A DNA stretch of 62,937 nt, the filler included, from Vannella sp. (lineage: Eukaryota): the NCBI GenBank assembly GCA_023345925.1. It is 6 parts of 6 records of this genome, joined end to end, with 100 filler letters (N's around TTAATTAATTAA, not from the genome) between each part and the next. Parts side by side here need not be neighbours in the genome. Positions count along the whole stretch, not along the records: positions 18,992 to 28,680 come from JAJQQN010000523.1; positions 28,781 to 40,605 come from JAJQQN010000432.1; 4 more parts are not named here. One strand, written 5' to 3'. The translations under genes and the position numbers were made by a program. Shown piece after piece: positions 23,326-32,790 of the stretch. The notes beneath the pieces were generated by a model that was given only the letters and a program-made list of their open reading frames with translations, was not told the DNA's origin and did not search any database. Each line of letters starts with the position of its first letter. Position 1 is the stretch's first letter.

Positions 23326-26300
23326 ATGGACGAGGACGAGTTGCACGAAATCTGCAACAACGGGGATGTTGACGGACTTCGCAAGTTCATTCGAGACGCT
23401 CCTACTGGATATGATTTCAATCAATATGAGGTGAGAGCCTTCACCCCCAAAGGTGACCTGATCCTGACCTCTCTCAGAACGTAAGTGCGAACTTTACCAC
23501 TCCCAGACTCTTCTAAGATATAGCTTGCACCATAGTGGGTAAGTGGAGTGTTACACGTCTTCTGGCTCTCCTGCTGACCAAGTCGTCATCGCGTCCACCA
23601 TTCTAGAAAGTAAGTGAAGCTCAGAGGCGATCATTGGCAAAGTTAAGAAGCTCACGTATCACTCCTTTTAGTGGGTGAGTCTCCTTACAGCGTCGAACAA
23701 GCGCGCAGAGATTGACCGGCGATCCTCCTTCTTTTTAGAGAGTAGGTGATGGCCCCGCCTTCTGGCTTTGATTGACATACTAACTATACTATTCTCCTTC
23801 AACAGTACGTAAGTGGCTAACTGACACTGTCACTTCACCGTGGACTGAACGAGGTTCCCCCTCAGACTCCGCTTGGTATTGCTTGCAAGAAGGGGCACTT
23901 GGAGGTGGCGAAGATCTTAGCTGCGCATTCTGGCGTGAACCTTGAGCAGGTGAGTGCTCACCAGAGCGGTGTCCCGCGCACAACATCGACGAACAATCGG
24001 GACTGACCCAACTTGGGGCAGGGCGTAAGTCTTCAGCTCTTTGGGAACTCGCTGTACTAGACTCTCATCAGTAACTAACCTTTGGGTGACTCCCGTTGTG
24101 GATTAGTGGGTAAGAGGACCATCCTTTGCACTGGAGTGTGGGCGCGATAGACGAGGGCGAGCTAACAGGTCTTCTAGGTGGTAGGTTTACACTAATTGGG
24201 AAGGGATAAAGCACCAAGCTCATGGAACCGAACTCTAGGGCGTACGTGCTTTCTTCCTTCCCTTCCTGAACTCACAACCGGGAAGGAATGGGTAAGGTGT
24301 TGAGACGAGGGCGTGCCACGCGCTAACTCTGCCTTTGCTTTCTTATAGGGAGTAGGTGGCCTCTTCCAAGAGTGAGGGATTGATACTAACCTACTTTGGG
24401 AGCTTAGCTGGTGAGAGTAAGTTGTTGGATGTTCCTGCGTTTGTACCTGCGTTTCTCTCTCCTCACAACAAGCGATAGACGCCATTAGAAGTGGCTTGTT
24501 CGTCAGGCGAGGACGAGATTGTCAAGTTTCTGGTTGAGAAGCAAGTGGATGTCACCCCAAAGGTAGTTCTAACGCATAAGAGCTCCCTCCAGTGCTGATG
24601 CCTTGCTGCAGGCTTTCTTAAACTACGCTAAGCAGACCATTCGAGACAAGAAGATGAGCAAAATAGCCAACTCCAACCCCACAGAGGAGCGTGACTCACC
24701 GACAAAGCGCGCTGATGAGGCACGCCGGCAGGAGGACGAGCAGGAGAGGGAGAGGCTGTCACGAGAGAACAAGAACCTCACCAGGGATGTGAGCCGCCTC
24801 AAGAACGAGGTGTCTTTCCTCAAGGACGAAGCACAACGCCAGGAGGAGCGACTGAAGAGTGCTCGCAGCCGCTCCGACAGAGACCGGGAGGCGCTCATAG
24901 AGGAAGTCAAGACCCGAAACATTGACATCGTGCCCAGCCCCAGAGGCCGCTCATCCTCTGTGGTGGAGATCAGAGAGGTGATCAAAGAGGTGCCGGTGAT
25001 CACAGAAGTCATCAAGGAGGTGATTCGCGAGATCCATGTCCCAGGCGGGGTTGCTGGTCCCACGTATGAGTCCGAAGGGTGGTGGGGCGAGGCCAATGCA
25101 GTTCTGGAAGACACGATTGCCCTCAATCAGAAGCGAATTGGCCTTGTGGATCGAGTAGAAGTTGTTGCGGATCACCTGCGCAAGTACCGCAAGGCGGGCG
25201 GATCCACTCCCAAGAACCGCCGAGCGGCTGGACCCGTCAACCTTCGTGACGATCACAACACAATCTCTAAAAGCCACGCCAGCTGGAAGAAAATCCTGAC
25301 CGACGGCCTCGAGAGCTTCTTCGCGGGTGATTTCGGCAAGGACAACTCCATTGACGTCACCAAGATCAACCTTGTCATCAAAGCTGCTCGTAAGGAACAA
25401 GAGAAGTGCCAAGAACACATCAGAGGCTTCTACGCCAAGCTAGAGGACCTCGATAACGATAATGAGAGCGCTGACATGTCCCAAATCCGCCAGCGCAAGA
25501 AAGTTATTGAAGATCTGAAGACTACCATCCAAGGCATTGCCGACCAGTACAAATTCCAGCTCCCTGATATTGAGAAAGAGATCGCAAGTTCCGATTGCAT
25601 TCCAAGTGACCTGGAAGATATGCTGAATCTCTGGAGTTCCTGGTACAGTCGCTATCAGAACTCTACCACTTCTGCTGCTTTGAACGAGCTCTCCCGCTCT
25701 CTTGCTACAACTCTTGTCTCTGCCAAGGAGGTGCTGCAGTTCCTCAAACGAGAGGAATCCATCTTTAACTTGCCTACGATTGGAGCTGCGCCACTTCCCG
25801 TGGTGAATATCCAGCAGTACCCAGCCATTCCCACCCAATTCGTTGAGTTCCTCATTTGCTGCTTCCGTTGGGCAGCTTCAGTCAGAGCTTTCTACAAGAA
25901 GCAGATTAAGTCAGATACTGAGACTTACCGCCAGCAGCAAGCTCGCGACGAAGTCCGTGCTCGTGTCCACACCATAGAAACTCAGATTGGGCAACATCTG
26001 GTTGAGGAACAGCAGATCGATAACATGGTCAATGAATTCCAGAAGATCAAGATCTCCTTGAAGAAGATGATGAGCTCCATCGCCCGCGATGATAGTAAGC
26101 TTTTGGACTATGAGATCACCATGGAAGAAGCAGACTTCAACGATGACGCTGAGATGACTAAGGAGGACATTGAAGAGCAGATGAAGAACACTTGCCAACG
26201 CATTGGACAGACAAAGGAACACCTTTGCACCATTCAGGAGCAGAAGCGATTGATTCTTCGCAACTTGCGGAACTTTGCCCTCCGAGGCCACTTGCTGGTT

Positions 26301-28370
26301 CTTGCTAACACGGAGATTTTCGACTCTCAGGGATTCCGAAATGAGCTCCTTCGGGGAGGTATGGAAGACCTGTACTTGGTCGGAGAGAACATCACAGATT
26401 ATGAGCAAATTGAATCGTTTGCCAAGTGTGTGGCCAAGTACCGGCACAAACAAGACGCCGGAAAGATCTGCGTCATGAAGCGCTACGAGATTATGGACGA
26501 GCAACAAGTCAAGTTCTTCCGCAACGAGCTCAAACTCCTCCGCAAGATGCAGCACCCTTTCGTTGGGAGCGTCGTCGGTGTTCTCTTCACCAAGAGTGAA
26601 GCTTACATCCAACTGCCTTATTATTCTGGCGGCAGCCTCCGCGATCGATGTGTTACCATTCAGCAGAAGCGCACACAATCTGACTACGCCAACAAGCACG
26701 AGCAGCGAGATTTTCACGAGATGAAGCGAATCTTCCACGAGGTGCTCCAAGCGTTGGCTTACTTGCACTCGCAATCTATCACTCACTATGATGTCAAGCC
26801 CGAGAATATCGTATTCGACGAGTACGAGCATCCCATTCTCATTGATTTTGGCATCAGCGAGGATCCCAACAGCACTCTCTTCACTCAGAATCCTGAGAAT
26901 GCCAGCTCACAAATTCGTGGGAGTGTGGGGTACATTGCACCAGAGATCAAGTCTGGCCAACCCTCCATTCTCACTTCAGATTGCTGGTCCTTTGGCGTGA
27001 TGCTCTTTGAGTCATTCTACGACCTGCCTAACTTTGACCTGGAAAGCTTGGGACTGGTGGAGATTCCAGCACACTCTGACGAGGATCTGCGGGCTCTGTT
27101 GAAGGGACTACTCAACACGGACCCCTCTCGGCGATTCACAGCATCTCAAGCCCTTAAAAGCGCATTCTTCTCTCAGAAGTCGTACGAGAAAGCCTTTGAC
27201 AGGGAGAGTACAGTTCAATCTGCCAAGAAGCTGGAGGCTTTCCGCCACTTCCTGGAGATCATTCGCAACAACGATCGTCTTTTCATCATCAACATTCACC
27301 GCGAAGTGTTGGTGAAAGACATCTTCACCGAGTTCCGCAGCAAGACAGCGAACCCTGAAGCTATGCGATTCCAAACCGTCGTCCAGTACATTGGCGAGAG
27401 TGGCATCGACACGGGGGGTCTCCGCCGCGACCTTTACTGCTCCTTCTTTAAGGAGATCTGCGATAGCAAGTATGGCATGTTTGAACTCAGCAGCGAGGGC
27501 AAGTTCTATTACCCCATTCCAGACAAGGACCGCAAGCAGAGCTTAGAAGAGCAGTATCTTCTCTTTGGCAAGATCCTGGCCAAGACTATGATTGACGGGG
27601 ACGTCATTGGAGACTATTTCCCCATCACTCTGTTCAAGTTCCTTGCGGACCAGCAGGATACCATCGACCTTTCTGATGTCTATCTGTACGATAAGCAGCT
27701 TTATGGGAACTTACAGTCATTGCTTATGCAGTCCATTGATGGGTGGGAGCTTGATTGGGACATTGACGAGAATCCCAACAACTACGAACTCATTGATGAC
27801 CGCAACAAGGACGTTTACATCCTCCTGAAGAGTCGCTCAGTGCTGATTGACCAAAGGAAAGAGGCGCTCAATGCGATTAAGAAGGGCTTCCAATCCGTGC
27901 CTGAATTACTGTCTCACTTGGCCCTCTTATCGCCAGTGGAACTGCGCCTCCTCCTCAGCGGAGAGACGTACATTGACGGTGACATGGTTCTGCATCAGAT
28001 TGAGTTTGAGGAGCGGTGGGAGAAGCCAGATGCTCAGGCTACACGAAAGAACTTCTCCAAATGGATCCGGACAGAAGCCAGCTCGGACCAGCTGAAGATG
28101 GTCCTCATGCTGACAACTGCCTCGCCCACCATCCCCGTTGGTGGCTTCAGCCCTCCCATCAAGGTCCGCTATGTTGATGGTAAGCAACTCCCTCTGCGTT
28201 CTCACTCCCTTCTGACATGAACCAACTCAGATTCGACTCGGTTGCCCGAAGGGCAGACTTGCGTCAACATGCTCATGCTTCCTAACTACAAGGATGATTA
28301 CGCTCTATTAACCAAGCGCTTTTCAACCGCTTTGGAGAACATTGGATCGAGCGGGTTCCAACTCAACTAA
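23326..28370 (+). CDS. Ankyrin-repeat (microexon-encoded loops) - coiled-coil - protein kinase - HECT E3 ligase fusion
   Basis: Exon 23326-23430 (MDEDELHEICNNGDVDGLRKFI...FNQYE); 6 microexons; exon 23866-23949 (TPLGIACKKGHLEVAKILAAHSGVNLEQ); 7 microexons; exon 24479-24562 (TPLEVACSSGEDEIVKFLVEKQVDVTPK); exon 24612-28179 with kinase (VMK, HYDVKPEN, DFG, GYIAPE) and HECT (GESGIDTGGLRRD); last exon 28231-28370 with the catalytic Cys motif LPEGQTCVNMLMLPNY and TAA. Confidence 0.9.
23478..23808 (+). other. Microexon array A1: six 3-nt exons AAC, TGG, AAA, TGG, AGA, TAC (N W K W R Y)
   Basis: Positions 23478, 23536, 23607, 23672, 23739, 23806; each is yAG|NNN|GTRRGT, separated by 47-68-nt introns with branch-point-like motifs. 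Confidence 0.85.
24022..24410 (+). other. Microexon array A2: GGC, TGG, GTG, GGC, GAATGG (6 nt), GGA, CTG (G W V G EW G L)
   Basis: Positions 24022, 24107, 24178, 24239, 24286-24291, 24349, 24408; each flanked by an AG acceptor and a GTAAG/GTAGG/GTACG/GTGAG donor. Confidence 0.82.
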
Positions 28371-28510
28371 CCAGTTGGTTTCCAAACCATAAATGGGTCA
28401 TCCATTCTGCCTTGGTCCATTAACCTCTCCAGGATGGCGCCAATGGAAAGAGGGCTGCAGAAGGGGTATTCTGAAGTTCTCTGACCTTCCAGGCCATGCT
28501 TGTTTGTCCT

Positions 28511-28645
28511 AGGACAAGCTCCACCTTGGGATGGGAGATGGATGTGGACTTTCAACCTTCCAGAGAGAATCCACGAGCGAAGGGGAAGAGGGCAGAACTC
28601 GTGTTTGCGTAGCTTGTCCTGATGACCTCCATCTCCTTTTTCTTT
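28511..28645. repeat. Dispersed structured repeat / candidate ncRNA, copy 1
   Basis: Core CGTAGCTTGTCCTGATGACCTCCATCTCC shared with 29054-29081 and 40403-40430; inverted repeat GGAGATGGA (28534) / TCCATCTCC (28628) followed by TTTTCTTTT. Confidence 0.6.
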
Positions 28646-28680
28646 TCGCCTTCCGCGGGTCGCACCTCTCTCCGTGCGAT

Positions 28681-28780
28681 NNNNNNNNNNNNNNNNNNNN
28701 NNNNNNNNNNNNNNNNNNNNNNNNTTAATTAATTAANNNNNNNNNNNNNNNNNNNNNNNNNNNNNNNNNNNNNNNNNNNN
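28681..28780. other. Artificial contig linker
   Basis: N-TTAATTAATTAA-N, 100 nt. Confidence 0.97.
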
Positions 28781-28920
28781 ATCAGCTGGATGTGTATCTC
28801 TGCATCCGGTCTGATGTCACGAAAGGCCAAAAGGTCCTCATCTTCAAAGATCACATCCGCAGTCACCTCTTTCCTCGCAATACGACAAAAAATGCAATCC
28901 GCCTCTCCGACCTCTCCCAT
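28781..28920 (-). CDS. HIT-family (HINT-like) nucleotide-binding protein, 5' fragment
   Basis: DCIFCRIARKE...VIFEDEDLLAFRDIRPDAEIH is the HINT N-terminus; truncated by the linker. Confidence 0.85.
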
Positions 28921-28965
28921 CCCGCACCAACACGAAATGGCTCCCACACGAGAGCATTACTTCTA

Positions 28966-29103
28966 GGAGATGGAGCATGTTCCAGAGTCGTCCTGCTCTT
29001 CGCATGTTTGGAGAAAATCCACGAGTGAAGGGGCAGAACCCATGTTTGAATTTCGTAGCTTGCCCTGATGACCTCCATCTCTTCAGGATAAGCTTTTGGA
29101 CTT
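28966..29103. repeat. Dispersed structured repeat / candidate ncRNA, copy 2
   Basis: GGAGATGGAG...AATCCACGAGTGAAGGGGCAGAAC...CGTAGCTTGCCCTGATGACCTCCATCTCTTCAGGATAAGCTTTTGGACT. Confidence 0.62.
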
Positions 29104-29257
29104 ATTTCATTTTTTCGCTTTTTGGATGTTTGAGGACCCAAACAAGGGGAAATGCCCTCGCCGCTCGTTTGCTGTTTCCCTAGAACTGACAATTTTAAAA
29201 ATCTTTGAGCAAATAAAATGATTAGAAGGAAAAGGCTTCATTTTGGTTCCTCTTTCG

Positions 29258-30016
29258 ATGAGCGACCTCAAGGCCCAGTGGGGAGAGATCGTTTCCAAGC
29301 CAGTGGATGAACAAGTGAAACTCTTTCTGAGAGCCTTTGTGTTGGAGTTCCAGGGCAAGTTCGAAGAGGTGTTGAACATCGCCGACAACTTTAAGAACTT
29401 CCGAGAAGGCGTGGAGGAGTCTGAGCGCAAGAACATTCGAGAGTTAGGAGAGTTTGAGTGCCATTGCTTCTTGGAGAAGAGAGGAGAGACCTTGACCGTC
29501 CGTGACCTTCGAGAGAACCTGAAAGCTGAAATCCGCTTGGACCCTCACCACAACGTTGCCATCCTCGAGTACTTGCTTTGGAAGTACCAGAAGAGCTTGC
29601 AGCAGCTATTTACTCCCCCTCCTGAAGGTTCTGTCCCTGCGCACCTTCTTGCAGCTTTGGATGAAGCTATCGAGGCCCACAACGCTGCTCTGGAGGCCGA
29701 GAGACAGCGCCAACTCAAGATCAAGAGTCTAGCAGAGGCTGAAGCTAGCTCTCGCAATGAACTAGAGCGCCACACCGCAAACAAGGAGAAGTCCAACCTC
29801 GAAGGTCAAGAGTTTGGAGCTGCCTTTGCCCAAATGCAAGCCCGCAAGAAGAAGAGAGAGGCAGAGGAAGCACTGAAGAACGCAGAGAAAGTGGATCCCT
29901 TCCAAGAGGAACAAAAGCGCCTGGCAGAGGAGAAAGCAAAGCGCGAGGAAGAGGAGAAACGTCAAAAGGACGAGAGCCGCTCCCGCCTAGCTGCCAAGGC
30001 CTCTCTGTGGAAGTAA
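29258..30016 (+). CDS. Calcium-regulated actin-bundling protein (ABP34)-like protein with coiled-coil tail
   Basis: KPVDEQVKLFLRAF and TLTVRDLRENLKAEIRLDPHHNVAILEYLLWKY resemble the Dictyostelium 34-kDa bundling protein family (from recall, not searched). Confidence 0.7.
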   Translation: MSDLKAQWGEIVSKPVDEQVKLFLRAFVLEFQGKFEEVLNIADNFKNFREGVEESERKNIRELGEFECHCFLEKRGETLTVRDLRENLKAEIRLDPHHNVAILEYLLWKYQKSLQQLFTPPPEGSVPAHLLAALDEAIEAHNAALEAERQRQLKIKSLAEAEASSRNELERHTANKEKSNLEGQEFGAAFAQMQARKKKREAEEALKNAEKVDPFQEEQKRLAEEKAKREEEEKRQKDESRSRLAAKASLWK

Positions 30017-30218
30017 TCTTCCTCGACCTTGATAAACGGACTGCCTTGTGCTCCTCTAGAACGAATAACAATCTCTCTCCATGACGAAGTCCAGACTTCG
30101 TGGACTTTAATGCGCTTTGTTGTAGAATGACCGCATTTTGAACGAAAAATGAATTCTGGAGAGTCCTGGAAGAAGATCATTCTTAGTCATATTATTGGCC
30201 ATTTCCTTTTCCTTGCTG

Positions 30219-32494
30219 ATGGCACACACGGGTGGCCTCCGAGACGCCATTTACTCTGGCAATTTGAGCCAGTTGAAGGCGTGTTTGGACGCCAATCCTG
30301 AGGCTCTTAACCAAGTGGGTCCTCCTTCACTTTGAGAAAGCTATCTTTTGAGAAGGAGAGGCTTGATGAAGGAGAAGACTCACCAAAAGGGGATCATTTA
30401 AGATTGTTAGTGACACATTACCTCGCTAAGGAGAAGCAGGCGAATACAGTACACTAAAACGGTCTCTTTTAGTGGGTAAGTGATTGATCCATAACCTTTC
30501 ATGAGGAAAAGGAGATTTCCAGAAGATCCTGATCAGAGAAGAGAGGTTCTCACCGAAAGTCTCATGTAGGAGGTCAGTAACTCATTGAAGGAATCTTCTT
30601 GAGAAGGAGATGAGAGAAGAACTCACTAAAAAGGCTCATTCAGCAAGTAAGGACTGATCTGCTGCTCCCTTTTATGATAAGATCAGCTCATTCAAATGAA
30701 CTTTAGGATGTGAGTACCTATGTACTTCTGATGAGGAGATGGACCCACTTGATCAGAAAAACTCACCAAAAGTCCCCTTAGCGAGTAAGGATAGTTAGTC
30801 AGATAGAGAGGAGGGCCATTCATCATGATGGGCCTTTCAGGGCGTAGGTTACCATTTCAAAAGAGAAGAATTCAGCAAACGGATCTCTTTTAGTGGGTAA
30901 GTGACTGATTGATCCATCACCTGCCTTTGGAAAACCAGAGATTCAACAAGAGAAAATACCATAAGGCTCACTTAGAGTCTCGTTTAGTATGTAAGTGACA
31001 AACTGTCATCTGGTTTGATGAAGAAAGCCTTCTCTAAAATGTTGTGTTTAGGAAGTAAGTGATTCTAAGAGAGAAGAAGAACTCACCAAAAGCGCCCCTT
31101 TCAGAAAGTAAGTGACTGATATCCTAAGTTGATGAGCTTGAGAGAGGGGAATTCACCAAAATGGTCTGTTTTTAGAGCGTAAGCGACTGGTTCATTACTT
31201 TCAAACCGGCCATATGAAGGACATGTACTCATCAGGGCTTTGCTTAGTGGGTAAGTGATTCAATCCATCACTTTTGAGAAAAGACTCTCAGAAGGAAAGG
31301 AAATTGCGAGACACTGATCAATCGAGTCCAATTTAGGCAGTAAGTTATCAGGCTGTAAGCTGATTAGAAAACTGTTCCCCAAGACAAGGAGTAGTGCTCA
31401 TTAAATGATGAATCTCTTTTAGTGGGTAAGGAACTGAATGATCATCTCTATTTGGAGAAAGGAACTAATTATCACTTTAGGTAAGTTGCTGGGATTGCTA
31501 CCTACTCCCCCTGCCAATGATTCATAGGATACCTTTGAAAATTGCTCACAAGCTTGAAGACCATTCTAGGATGGGCTTCGTTTCAAGGATGGGACAAAAT
31601 AGTAGAGTTCTTGGTTACTCGACGTGGCATCGACCTTCAAAAAGGAGTATGTTCAAGGTTTGTGAGAGATTCTTCTCACATGATTTTTCAGAATGTAAGT
31701 TCTTTCTATCAGTGTCTAGAACTTGAGGTGGCTAGGTGAGTCAGCTTTACCAAGATATAACCTTGATTGAATGATAATCTTATTGACCCTGAGATTCAAG
31801 AGTTCGTGTTCACATACCGTGCTCCTGAAAATTCTCGAGAGACTCTGAGATAAGGAAGAAGAACTCACCAAAAGACTTTAGACGGTGAGTGATCGATTCA
31901 TCTCTGCTTTTGAGGAGAGGAGCTGCACTATCAGCAGGGAAAATAGCTCACAGAGAAGAATTATTTAGAGAGTGCGTGATTTTTTCCACCTTATGAGGAA
32001 AAGTACTTCTTGAATGGAACTTGGTCAGAGGTTTATGAGGAGAAACTGACCAAGTTCTGAACTTTAGGGAGTGAGTGACTCAAAAATCACGGTAGAATGG
32101 AGGTGAGCATTACTGAAGATGTTTTAGGATGTAAGTGCCTCATGCATACTCCTTGATGTTGAGCGGATGCGAAGAAAAGACTCAAACTGACTAAGGAATG
32201 TAATTTAGACAGTGAGTAACTGATCACTCTTTGGTGAAAACCCTCTCACGTGGGGCATGCTCAGTTGGTAGGTAGTAGACTATCACTACAAGAAAAACTA
32301 ACCGAAACCGGATTCAGTCCTCGCTGGATCTAGCTCTGCGTCGAGGACCCACACACAATGCAGTTATTGAAATTCTCATCTCTGCAGGGGCAAAGTGCAA
32401 AGATGTGCGAAATCTGAGTGTCTACCAAGGAGTACTTACTTCAGCAGGAGCAAACTTTGATGGAAAAATATCTGGGGGAGAAGAACCAGGCTGA
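30219..32494 (+). CDS. Small stand-alone three-ankyrin-repeat protein with microexon-encoded loops (not in ORF track)
   Basis: Exon 30219-30314 (MAHTGGLRDAIYSGNLSQLKACLDANPEALNQ); 15 microexons; exon 31560-31646 (TILGWASFQGWDKIVEFLVTRRGIDLQKG); 7 microexons; exon 32318-32494 (SSLDLALRRGPTHNAVIEILISAGAK...EPG*). All junctions are phase 0. Confidence 0.85.
30403..31425 (+). other. Microexon array B1: fifteen 3-nt exons ATT TGG GAG CAA GAT CGA GGC TGG TAT GAA AAA AGC TGG GCA TGG (I W E Q D R G W Y E K S W A W)
   Basis: Starts at 30403, 30473, 30570, 30644, 30707, 30782, 30841, 30894, 30988, 31052, 31105, 31176, 31248, 31337, 31423; each AG|NNN|GT, usually with an upstream CTCAC/CTCAT-like branch motif. 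Confidence 0.87.
31692..32267 (+). other. Microexon array B2: AAT, ACG, AGA, GGA, GAT, ACA, TTG (N T R G D T L)
   Basis: Starts at 31692, 31882, 31969, 32068, 32128, 32209, 32265; each yAG|NNN|GT. Additional ambiguous sites at ~31735 and ~31801. Confidence 0.82.
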
Positions 32495-32790
32495 CTCAGT
32501 TGCCTTGAAGCAGAAGAGAACTCAACAGCACTGCATAATGTCTTGATTCTCATCAAGGATGACATAAAGTGTCGATACTCAGAACTCATTTTCTGGATCT
32601 TCATGCAACATTCAGGATTCAGAGCTCCCGTTAGCTCAGTAGGATGTCCTGAGATGAGAGAGTCCAACAAGGCCCAGACTGATTGCCAGGAAATAATTGC
32701 TTCATAATGACTTTATCAATGAAATCCGCTGGCTGATAAGGATTGTAAAATAGGAGGTTAAATAAATCATTATATTTGATCTTTGGGTTG

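Noticed and set aside
24061..24070. Possible 10-nt exon ACTCTCATCA (TAG|...|GTAACT) in array A2
   Set aside because: It would shift the frame and need unusually short (~36-nt) flanking introns; treated as intron.
28600..29103. CTGATGA core as a hammerhead ribozyme, U3 or U6 snRNA
   Set aside because: No GAAA following a stem II and no recognisable three-way junction; U6 ACAGAGA and U3 box order not found. Kept only as an unclassified repeat.
30400..31430. Regularly spaced TTTAG-NNN-GTAAGT motifs as a CRISPR array or satellite
   Set aside because: The recurrent motifs are splice acceptor and donor consensus sequences, not identical 23-47-nt repeats; there are no cas genes and the context is eukaryotic.
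32096..32102. Possible 7-nt exon AATGGAG (TAG|...|GTGAGC) in array B2
   Set aside because: Both flanking introns would be only ~25 nt, shorter than any other intron seen here, and the exon breaks the frame.
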